In this document: piece by piece, positions 26,431 through 38,400 of the stretch
Layout: each line of letters starts with the position of its first letter
Numbering within the stretch: the stretch's first letter is position 1
Source: Acanthaster planci
Taxonomy: Eukaryota
Direction: 5' to 3'
Assembly (NCBI RefSeq): GCF_001949145.1
Contig: NW_019091357.1
Location: 3,293,078-3,357,077 of the forward strand
Length of the DNA stretch: 64,000 bases
Position numbers and translations under genes: made by a program
Notes under the pieces: generated by a model
Told to the model about the DNA's origin: nothing
The model's database searches: none
The model's input: only the letters and a program-made list of their open reading frames with translations

Positions 26431-29400
26431 ATGCCGTTTCTTATGCCGGTGCTTGTCCTTTTTCTTCTTCTTCTTGTGCGACTTGCTGGAGCTGCTGGAC
26501 GCAGAGTGCTCACGGGCTACGTCGCCACCGCGGTTGAGCTTGGGGATGCGATATTTTGAGTCCACCGGTTTGGCCAAGCCTAAAAAAAAATTGAGTATTT
26601 GAAAAAAACAAGGAATAGGAGTCTAGGACTGTTTTCTACACACGGCAGAACTTTTTAGGTGAGTAAGCATGCAGATAGAATGAGCCAAACTTGACCAGTT
26701 TTAAACGGATGTGAAATGGTATTCAATGGACACTAATTTTGGGGCTGGCATCTTTGGTACTCTACTGTACCTTATACAAACGGAGGACTTTAGAGACAGT
26801 TGGTGGCGACAAACATACTGGTCCTATGTGACTGGTATACTTTTTACGCCTCATTTGTGAGCATGTCCACATTAGGTCTAACCTAAGGTCTTAGGTCTAA
26901 CAGAGATTGGGCGTGTAAGGGGAGTACCCCTCCGTCCCATATCTTGCTGGGTATAACACCATAATTTTTGGCAAGTCAGATACTGAATTTAGACAGACAT
27001 TGGTTTACCTCCCTTATGAGAATCAATGCTCACTCTCACCTGGTACTCCAACTAGCTCTTCTTTGGGTCTGACACTGGGTGTCGTGTGGGTACCGGGCTC
27101 CAACTTGACTGGTCTTGAGACCGGTGACGGGTGTCCTGTCTTCTCGGTGGAAGGCGAGGTATCTTCATCGGAAGACGACTCTGAAGAGATTGTGCTCCCC
27201 TGAGTCTCAAGATTGGGTTTCTGTTTGACCGGGCACAAATACAAAAGTGAATATTTCTCATTGTTAGGGCAATTCAAACATGCCTAACTTATCCTTTGAT
27301 GTAAGGACCGGAGCACCTCTGCGCTATTTACATGGGATCAGGGCAGCATTCTGTCAACATACAAGAACCTTGGTAATATTTACAATCTTTCTGCATACCC
27401 CAGTGTAAAACAGTTTTAAAAAACGGCAAACAGCAGTTCACAAGGAAGCCATTTTTTATCTGGTTCCCTGATTCCGTTTTATAAGTTGCAGACTGTTGAT
27501 ATAGATGTACAAGACTATTTTACGCTTGGTGTGTATTCCAAGCCTCCCTTTCAACTTTTTTCTGCTCTCAATCAATTTCTAAAAATGACAACCTCGCTCT
27601 CAACTTCAATATGGCCGACCAGTGAATAAAGTCTATAGACAATAAGACCCAGTTACTATATAGGCAATTAAGCACATGGCCTTCTAGCATGTCCCACTGC
27701 ATGTTGCAGGCCCTGGGAGCCATGCGCACAGGCTTGCATGTGGGACCTAGCTGACCTCTGTAACAAACCATGCCCCAGGGCCCGGGCTCAACAGATCCAC
27801 CTACTATGATTGACTGGTACACACCGGCAGGACTTGGCCTATTTTCTTCTTGGCAGGTGGGCCCTCCTTGTCTTCCTCATCGCTCTTAGGCTCCGTGCGT
27901 TGCCGTGACGATGACAAGGATGATGGAAGCGGGGAGATGCTCTTTCGTTTCCGCTCCTGACTGCTCTCTCCGCTGGACTGCGGACTGTCGTCTTTACCTT
28001 CCTGACTATCCTCCTTCAAACATGAAGGAGTTTCACAAAAGCGGGAAAAAAACATGACCATCATGCCTTTTTCCCTGAAAATTTTAGGCACAACTGATTA
28101 CTCACTGAAGTTCTTGGTAATTATTTTAGGGGGAGGAGGGGCTTCCAGTTTTAGAAAATTGGGGGTGGGTGGTAGTTAGTGCATGGGGGCCACAATACGT
28201 TATGCCAAACATGCATCCAGACTGTGAAAAAAAATACTCGCCACCGCAAGGAATACTGGCATTTCATCAAGCAGGCAACAGGCAATTTGAGAAAAATAAT
28301 TGAGGAAATTTTTTAACTGCACAAGGTTTTTGCTTTTTGCTGTTTTTAAAATTTGTTATGGCAACCATGAGAAGTAAAGAATAAGGAAAGGTAAGAAAAG
28401 CTGACCAACTGTTTTATACATGGCGAAATTAAATATTCACTAAATGAGAAGTTATTTAGTGCTGTACTGTACTCAGCGCAGACTGCTAATGATATCAGTT
28501 TATATATTACGTACATTGAATGTTGGCAAAATGTTGGCGCTTTGTCATGTGATTTAATAGGCAGGTGATTTTACCATGTGACTTGACAGGTGATAAGGTA
28601 AAAAATGTGCCTGAACAAGCATAGGCCTGTGATGGGCTGATCACTTTGGGAAGTTACGTGTATCGCGGATGGTCCCACTTGGGGGTTGACATTCATAATG
28701 CTGCTGTATCATGTGACTGCATCATGTGACGGCCTTGTGCCGGGCACATGACCGTTTCACGTGATGCCAACTTACCACGGACTGTGAATCGCTTCCCATC
28801 GACTCATCCTCGGGGATAATTATGGATGGGTTGAGCATGGTTCGTTTCTCCTTTAAATTAAGAACCAAGCCTAGCTGCATGCGGCAAACAGAAACAAATG
28901 AAAAACAAAAATACAAGAACGAAAATGCTGGGTGCAGTTTACACATTCGTTGATGGTCTGCTAGGCAAGGTTGGCATGGAATGAATAATGGGTTGTAGAG
29001 GTAGGTATGGGCAAGAGCAGCTTCCAAGCATTCATGTCCTTTTGTGAGTTCTCAAGTATTCTGATAACAAAAACAGTAACAGCAAGAATCGAACAGGGAT
29101 TTTGTTCCAACTGATTAACACTTTCGGCTCCACGATGCCAGCTTCTTTGACTAGAGACCATCGTGAGCAATGCAGCTTTTAATCTTTTTGCCATGGCAAC
29201 CTTGGCATATTTTGTCAGAAGTCTACCCACGGTCAAAAGTACTCATCAGATTATTGCCTTCTTGTTAATCACGCTCGCCTCATGATGGTCTAGTACAATT
29301 CCCAGACCGAGAATAGGACTTGATACAACAGAGGGCAGGAGACCGGCCAGTGCATGTAATTGAAATAAAGTTGAAAAACTGGAGCAGACGTAAGCAGGGT

Positions 29401-32400
29401 GTGGGTAAATTCAGCACATGGTGAGAGCGGATGAAGAGACAAGGACAACTGAATCGGGGAAACTTTAAAGGAGTAAATGCATTGGTGATCTCAGTCCACA
29501 ATGTGCAATGATGGCATGACAAATATACGATCAAATTTAAAAGCCAGCGGAAGCTACTTTAAGAATGTAACACTAATTGAGGTGTTTTTTCGACAGTACA
29601 TCATGCAAACTCATGCAAGCAATTGGACAGTTTGTGATTCCAACACAGAAAGGGCATCCTTTTTCAGGTGCATTAAGTGAATTCTAAATCCTCAAAACCA
29701 TTATCAAGGTGCCATTCTACAAACACACAAAAGAAACCTGGATTATAAACCCCAAGTACTGCACATCTGCCAGGGTCAAACTCTGTAGTTACTTTGCAAG
29801 GGGCTCGGATGGCACGGTGTGCTATTGAATAATGAACACCATGCACAAGTGTCCTTTCAACAGCAACAAAGGGAAAGTTTGTCAGACTCTTGACACCAAC
29901 ACCAAGAAACCAGTGGACTGGAATCAAAATATGGGCCTTATGACAACAAATTTTGCCTGGGCTAAGTAATTGATTTGCAAAAGTGAGGGGACAGGACCCC
30001 TTCCCAAACCCAGCAGGTAAGGTAGGCTGAGATGGGTGATACTTTAAAGCATGCATGCAAACTACTCATGCAAACGTCGGAAACCAACCTCGGGTATGGG
30101 CAGGCACGACGGACGACTCCGACCGTACAGGGTATAGTAGAAGTCTACCGCATCGCACCGCAGTCTGGCATCATGTGAGGTACCGCAGCTAGCCAGACAA
30201 TAAAACAGTGGTCACAGAAACAGAGTAACTTGCTGCAATCTACGGCTTGTCTTTGCCACTCGTATTCCACGGTGACTAGCAGTAGCCCTAGCCAATAATA
30301 CCCACTCCAGACAAAGCACACGAATCATTGAAGTCACGATAACAAAGCAGGTGCTACACTTGACACAACAGACCTAGAACATAATGACGCCAGCCTTTCT
30401 TTACACGTCGTTTACGACCCACCAAACCTCAACAGGAAAGTGTACAAGTAAGCAAAGCGTGACATCATTATGTTACAGGTCTACTGGACTGGCTTATGCA
30501 CTGGAAAATTTTAAATGACACAAGAACAGGTCTTAGCGATTAAGTCTGCGATGCACTCTCAGACAGGTACCACTTGGACAACTGTCCTCATATACGAGCA
30601 AGACCAATTTAAAAATTGCACTTGATAGTTTAACTACGTCTGATCAAAGGCATGCTAGCTAAAAATGATTGGACCATTCCATTTAACGACATGTATGTGA
30701 AACCAGCCTACAGACACAGGGTCCCACTGCTAATTATCAATTTCCAAGAACATCAAATGTACTGCCGGGAACCCGGATCAACTTAGGGAAAATTCAAGTA
30801 ACTACTACAGTTAACTATAGTTCAACTAACATCACCCAAAAATGAATGGTTTGCCCTATCTAATCGACCATTTGGGACTAGGCTCCAGGGCATAACTGCA
30901 CCACATGGTTATCAACAGCCAATTCCATTTCTTAGGAGGGAACCATTCACTGGAAAAAAACTGTATGAGATTGTTATGACCATGTAAGCTGCGAGAATTG
31001 CAGCTTGCAGTGAAATGTGAGTAACGATTTAACGAGTTCGAGTGGAACTAAATTGCATGTGCGCAATGTTAAAAAGTAACAGACTACTGGTTGAGCTAAA
31101 GTTTGTGCCCGAAGTTGCCCACAAGTGGACCCCACGGTGATACGGCTACACAAGGATTGTATGATAAAGAAGTGAAGAAACAAAAATGGTGGAGTTACTT
31201 CATGAGGGTCCACAGCCTCTCCACTAGGCTCTCCTTGTTGAGTGCCGATGCCTCCCGGTGCCTGAAGGGCGGGTTGGCAATCAGCATCTGGAAGAGGTGA
31301 TGTCGGACGGAGAGCATGGGGTCCTGCTCCACAATGTCCAGCAACCAGGAGAAGATGTCCGCGTTGGACTCCACTGAAGAAGAAAATCACGGGAAGACAC
31401 GTACGCATGAGCTGAGCACAAATCTGACCGGATTCCTCAGAATGAGTCCTAAGGCCAGTAATTCTGTTTTAGTTTGCACAGGAAAGAGCAGAGTGAGTTC
31501 TTCGTTTTGATGTACCACTCATTTTGGCATCTTGATGAAAATGGATAATATATGGGTGTAGAACGTTGATGGTTCCCACTGATTTACACTTGTGCAAGAT
31601 TCACGCACAGGCCTTTCACTCAAAAGTAGTTCTGGCGAACTCTGACTCTTTCTGCTAAGTTGAGACAAAAACGATAAATAAGCGCACAGCTATTTGCCAT
31701 AGATGCCCAGATATCACTCCGACTTTGCTTTCAACTTGGATCCTACTCATGTAAATGCAAGTCGAACTTCTGAGCCAACTAACAACTCGAGTGAAAATTA
31801 AGGTTAAGTGAATTACCAGAGCGTACATATTCATTTGACATTTTGTTCGAAACAGTCAGATTCAATCAGGTAAACAAGGATCCCTTGTGCATTGTGTGGA
31901 CCAGGACCAGCATTGGTACACCAGACGCATCAAGGAGGCCATCCACGTCCACCTCAACTGACACAGCATCAACAGGGACAGCGGCATCGACATTCCCGGG
32001 TTCTGGCTCCCCACCATCCGCCAACACAATCACCGCAGCACTGGAACACAACAGAGCCACACCGAGGACACGTCCCTTCACGCCCATGGAATGGAGCATG
32101 CGACACCCGCTGAGGTCATCCGTACTACGTCCGCAGTACAGGGGGCGGGGCTCGTGCAGGACGCGGTCCAGCAGTATACAACGGACTCTGCAGCATCCAG
32201 ACTTCAGTTGCCAGATGAAGGCTAGCAGCACCAGCAGCCAAAACCTCGCTACCAGCAACACGACACCGCGAGTCATGGATCATCTTTTTCTCTACAAGGA
32301 TCCGTTTGACAGGTGAGTGTGTAAGATGGCTAGGGATGAATATTCTTGATAATCTTGCAGAGAATACTCTCACTTGGACCAGGAACAGTCTCTTGCACCA

Positions 32401-35400
32401 GATGAGCCAAGCTTGGGATCACTTGACTGATTTCAAGGCAATATTTCAAGATGATGGAAAGAAGAACACTGTGAAATTCTTGATGTTAGAATCCCCATCG
32501 TTTCATGCTTCTCATGTTACTTTTGGCATCGTATGTTATTGTAAAGATGAAAGTTAAGGAAAATATAATCTCTACTAAAAAATAAGTTCCATTTTGAGAA
32601 TCTCTCATAATTTGAATGGAATGCTTCAGATGTGTGCCCTCGGAATGCGGCACTCAAGCCACCTTCAAAATCTGACATTTTGGATTTGAAACACCAATGG
32701 CAGTAAGTAACAAGTTGCATACGACACTATGACCATTGGAACCATAATTTTCCCTGCCCACCTTTGACGTAATCCACCAGCGACTCCAACGCGGCCATCC
32801 TGATCTCCACAAAGTGGCTGTACTGGGCGTAAGTCTGGAAGAGGGTGGGGTCGCTGGGCAGGTGGCCGTTCTTCTGCAAGGTGCGGATGGCCTGCAGGCA
32901 GCTGATGGTCACACGGTGGTGGTAGCAAGGGAGCAGCTTCTCCAGGTTTAAGCAACGGGTCACCTCCTCAAGCACAATCTTTTTTTTTTTAAAAAGGAAT
33001 TGTGTAACAGTAAGATAATACTTGGCTTTAATCTAGTCCAAAAATTGGAGGTAACACAAAGGATATCTATTCCAAGCGCAGTTACAAGAGAAGGCATCAC
33101 TTTCGCATATGGTCCCTTGGTGGGAACTCACCACAGGAGCCCACGGGTTTATGTGTGTATGGCCTGGATCGCACTGAGCTCACAAGACTGTTTTGTATTT
33201 GAACGTACGATTTGCTGTACGCATCAGAACTTCACACCAACCCGTCTCATTTTTGCAGGTGAGGCTGTACTTCAACTCGGGGCAGATAATCCTGTCTGAA
33301 TATTGCCCAAGGAAAAGACGCCCTTACCTTCGTTTCTGGCGTCAGGTTTTCCACGCTGGTGCTCACCATGGCAACAGCTGGGGTGATGGTGTGGGTCAAT
33401 GCAGTGATGAGTGACGCACGGTAGTAATTGTCAGAAAACTACAAATCAGAGCAAAAAATGTAAAAAGAAAATTTAAAAACATTAAGATACATTCTGGCTC
33501 TAGTCATCTATTTATGCACTGGTGATGGCTTCGATTTCAGGGCGAGAAGTTTGGGTTTTGTCCAAATCCCAGCTCTCCAAGGGGGTAACCGCTGAATCAG
33601 AAATTTCTGTCGGCTTCATAACTCCTTACATCAACTCAATAGTGGAAACGACGAAGAACAGCATTGCGGGAGGACCACTTGGCACCATGTACAACCCAAC
33701 TAGGTACTTCAGATCTTCCGATGCCTCTTTGCTTGCTGTTCCTCATACTCACAACTCATGGGGTGACCGATCTTTCTCATATCCGGGTCCTCATCTTTGG
33801 AATGAACTACCTCTCAATATTTGTCCTAACTCTTCAGTCTCTGAGTTCAAAGTTGCCTTGCAAACTCACTTCTTTGTTCACCGCTATTGAATTTCTTATC
33901 AGTCTATGTTTTGGTTTTCCTGATTGTACTGCGCCATGATCGTCTCTCGAGGCAGAAACCGGCGTGTTATAAATATCCATTATTATTATTATTACTATTG
34001 TCACACCTCATACAGGTTGCAACGTGCAGGTTATATTTAGCATGGATGAGTTAAACCAACAAATTGTTTTCTCAAATGTACTTGCAGCAATATGAAACAA
34101 CCATCCCTTCAATTCAAGCACAAAGGCCATGAGAATCCACTGTTTACATTAATGTACTTCAGTATCAGGTAAACTGCTCAATAAGATTCGGGCCAAAATT
34201 TGCAAATCGTTGACAAGTTCCTTTAATTGCAATGCTACTATGAAAAATTCTACGTTTCATTCATATGTTATTCAACAAACTTGCTACATCGAAATCTGTC
34301 AACGACTCATTCTGGTAACAGCAGCTCCGTGAAGATTTGAGGACCTCTATTCACCTTGTTCTTGGTGTTGTCGTTGTACTTGATGAGGTCGACCAGGAAA
34401 TCCAGCGATTCCTTGGGGCACAGCGAGTGAGCATTGCGTATGGTAGCCAGGGCAACGGGCAGTGTCTGACAAAACAACAAAATCTAAACGACAAACTGAG
34501 CATGTGCATTGTGGGTTCCATGACAAGTCTAATTCCTATGCTGCTCCAAATGAGGAGTTTATTTTGGGGCAGAGCTAACACTAGTCAGCGCTGTTAAAAC
34601 TACTGTGGCGTGATGTGCCTCCAGCAAAACTTTGCAGTAGGCACAAATAATGTCTTCCTCTGTGTGCAAGTTTATCTTTGGGCCGCCAAACAGAAAGAAA
34701 TTTGGTAAGACTCTGGGGCAGAACACAAACTAAGAGTCTCGTTGTGAGCACCATGCCAACATACGTGTCCATGAGCAACAAATAATCTTGCAGCCAAGTT
34801 TTTTAGGTTTGTTTCATTCAGTACTTTATTCTTTCTCACCAAAGGCGCCTTTCCATCTGTACATCAACACTTGTGCCCAGCGTTGTGTATCTGTCAAAAT
34901 TGCGGGGCGATTTTGATGGCTGAACGAAACACACATGTAATAATGGGGTCGATTTTTGTGTCCATGAAAGTAAAACACATGAATGCATTGTATACGCAAT
35001 GCACCAATCAAAAGCTATGTGGTAGACAAATGGTGAAACCTCAGCCCCAGGTGGTGAAAAATTAGCGGCTTGGTTCGGCTGTCTAATATCAATAAAAACA
35101 CTGTTAAACTGTGGTATAAATTTACATTGTAGGATTCTTAATAAGGGAAGAACGTGAATTGAAACAAGGGATAATTCAAGATTTTACCCTGAGGTGCCCC
35201 ACAAAGCCCTCTTAAAACGTGTAAAATCTCAAGGCAAACCCTGACTGTACTCTTCTTGAATTTACATTCTCCCCTAATCTGCGGGGATGTAAGCAACCAA
35301 CGAAGTCAACTCCTGAAAATCACTGAAAGCCAATAAATTGTGTGAGACTGCGAGGGAGGGCTTGCACGACCGAGAGACTAACGGCAAGGGTCCAGATGCC

Positions 35401-38400
35401 CTTAAGTTTTGGGGGTTTTAACAGATAAAAATGAACTGTTTGAGATACTTATTCCTTTCTCCATTTCTAGCTGGGACTTGAACATACTAATGTTCGGTTT
35501 GAGTCTCTGTCCTTCCTCCTACACCAGTGGTTTTCGGGGTTACCATGTCCAGTTATCGCCTTCTTCCCATTTGACAAATAGTTGATTACGTAGTTACAGA
35601 TGATGCATTTGGCTTGGCTACCGTTACTTATTATTAAGCCTGCACACGTATTCCGACCCAAATATCCATCCTGGTCCTTTTCCTCGAGCCATGTCCACTT
35701 GAATTTATTCTTGATTCCCTTGTCAATTTCTTTAGCATCCGCTTTCCGGTCAACTTCCATGTTGATCAAAAATTTCTATCCAAACACGCGCTCACTTGTC
35801 ACTGAAAACTTCGCACATGATCGTTCGCACAACACATGCATGGAAAATACGTCGCCATTGACATGACTGACACCCGATTAATCAGCGGTTCCCAGTGGTA
35901 TCGCATTGGCAACTCCATTACCAGTGATGGGATCACAACGGGAACCATCAAACCAGGGAGATGTTGAAGGTTGCACCAACCTCATTCCTATGATGATGAA
36001 CAGTACGCATCACCAGTACGCCCTCGGGATGATACAAGTGATAAGTGCATAAAGGCGTAGCCTGGGTACGCGCGTGTTGGTGAGTAACATAGGCCGTGCA
36101 TGCGCTAATGCATGATCTGCCATGTTTGTGAAGATCGAAGCGCAAGCAGCCTGCGCATGCCGGTATGGATCATGTATGTATAATTCTACATTATTAAAGT
36201 GGGAACGAATGTTTCGCGATTTCCAAAAAATGGTAACTTTTCACGCTATTTCCGGAATCCAGAAATTTCTGGAAATCTTACATCCTGAATCTAGTGTCAC
36301 AGGGCTTACTTTTTGCAGGAAGTAGTCCATGAAGTTGCCGAAGTTGTTCTGTCTGACGATGTCCGAGCAAGAGTAGGAACCAAAGAGCTTCTTGAACATT
36401 GCAATGATGGCGGTGTGGCCCATGTAGGATGCAACCAGCTCGTTAGATATCTACACGGAATCGGCAAAAATCCGCAGGAAAAGAACAAACTCCAACACTT
36501 CAAATTTCACAATCGGAGCTGCAAGCAACATACACCACCCAGCGTACCATCAACAACGAAGTTAAACAGGTTACCTCAATACCTGTACCCACTGCATTGT
36601 TTCATATGTCCCCGGTATACACCTTATTCATTGCCGCCATCTTGGTGGGCAATTTTTCCGGTTATTTTGATTCAGCAACAATAAATGCACAAAAGGTCTG
36701 ACCCAAGCCTGGCGTAACAGCATGGCAGCAATGCCTTCATTCCAGTCATATTCATTTTCCGCAAGTACTTGCAACTCGTTGGGATATCTACAGATCTACC
36801 ATGAGGAGAAATAGTCTGACTCACCTTGGCTAGGGAATGTGCTGCAAGCATCCGCACTTTGTAGAAGCACTGTCGGTTCTCGATGATCTCTGAGAGGACA
36901 TTGACCGTTGCGGGACTGGGAAACCTCTCTAGGTTCTCAATAGCCTGACAACCAAAGAGAGAAATCATTAAAAAAAAAAAGGCAAAATCAGCAGAACTTG
37001 AGTCTTTGGAATAAGTTCACCATTCATGTCACAATTATCCTTTTTTAAAAAAAAATTTATTTAGAGCTTGTTTGCCAGCACATCAATTGCATTACTTTGA
37101 ACGCATCTCTCCAGAGGTTATCTCCTTTCTGAGACCCTCTAAATACGCTCTTATTTTTGAAGATGTAGTAAGGATCACCACAAGAGCAGATACAAAGCTA
37201 GAGACTGGACCAGTGACAGGTTGGATTATGACAAAGGAATGTTCTTTTTGCAGCTCATTTGAAAAGCTTGTGACTTGAATTCCGACTGGACGTCTTGTGG
37301 AGTCTTCACTACAACACTGCCAATTTGTCTGAAATTCCCCAGTGTTCAGCATGTGAGCGCATGCCTTCCAATACTTTTCTAACTAAATGCTGCGCTGCAT
37401 CAAACCTTGCCAACCCCAACTACCCTCAGGACAGCACTGCAGTGGGAGGGTTAACGTTACATTGTGCCAAATACCTATGTCATGCAATGGGGTGTAATCA
37501 TCTACCTACCTCAATCTGCGCAACAATGTCTCTCTCGTAGCGCAGCTGGTAGTGCCACTGAAAGTCGGGCTGCTGGAAGACGACCTGACGCAGCAAGGTC
37601 ATCTCGGTGTCGACACGGATCCACAAGACAGGTGAGTCAGCACTGACATCAACATAAGAAAGGAAGCAAGGAATGGATGAGTTAGTCAGTCTGAACTGAA
37701 GGCGCCAACACATTCAGCATAGCTTCAGAACTAACGCTTATGCAGGTATTTTAGGATCAGAGCACAGCCGTGTTGGAAATTGGTGGCTGCGGCTTGGAAA
37801 TGACACACAAACCTATGTAAGCCACTAATTAGAGGCTGCAGTTACTTGTCAAAGATACACTGGTTACACTGAGCTGTACTCAGTTGACTTAGGCCAAGGC
37901 CAAGTCAGGGTTTCATATGATGTTGTTACCCCTGATCAGCATGCTCATACTACTTTCTGGACCCAGTTGAACGCGAAGGTAGGTACTCACTCCATTGTGC
38001 TGAGATCCATGTCCACTTCTTCACCATTCTTCAAGGGGATTTTCTTTTTCTTGTTCCTTACGTTGAAAACAATCAATTGTACAGCATTAATCTGGAGCTA
38101 AAGTTTGATGTTATCTAATTCATACATGGATATACAAAAAGCACAAATAAAGATATAGAAAGATTGGTAAGGTCTTCACATTTGGCAGGTAAATTGAGAA
38201 AACCAAGAGGTCTCTAGCACTATTTGAACCTGAATTTGATAACTTTAATTACCGTCGGCTTTTGGAGTGGCAGGTGATGTCTCCCTTAGTGACATTATCT
38301 TCCACCTGCAGCGTGTGCTCAAAAGATCCATCAAGTTCCTGGATGGTCACCTTTAAAGGTCCCTGAAATATCAATCAGTTGACTAGAGGCAATCAAATCA

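Noticed and set aside
29151..29315. Possible duplicate TAF2 exon ([13 protein letters not shown]) or C/D snoRNA in intron 23
   Set aside because: No usable splice sites and no proper box C. It is better explained by a short inverted-repeat element (agaccatcgtgag / ctcatgatggtct).
31843..32316. 157-aa and 136-aa overlapping ORFs as a nested gene
   Set aside because: These are off-frame readings of the decayed Penelope-like fragment.
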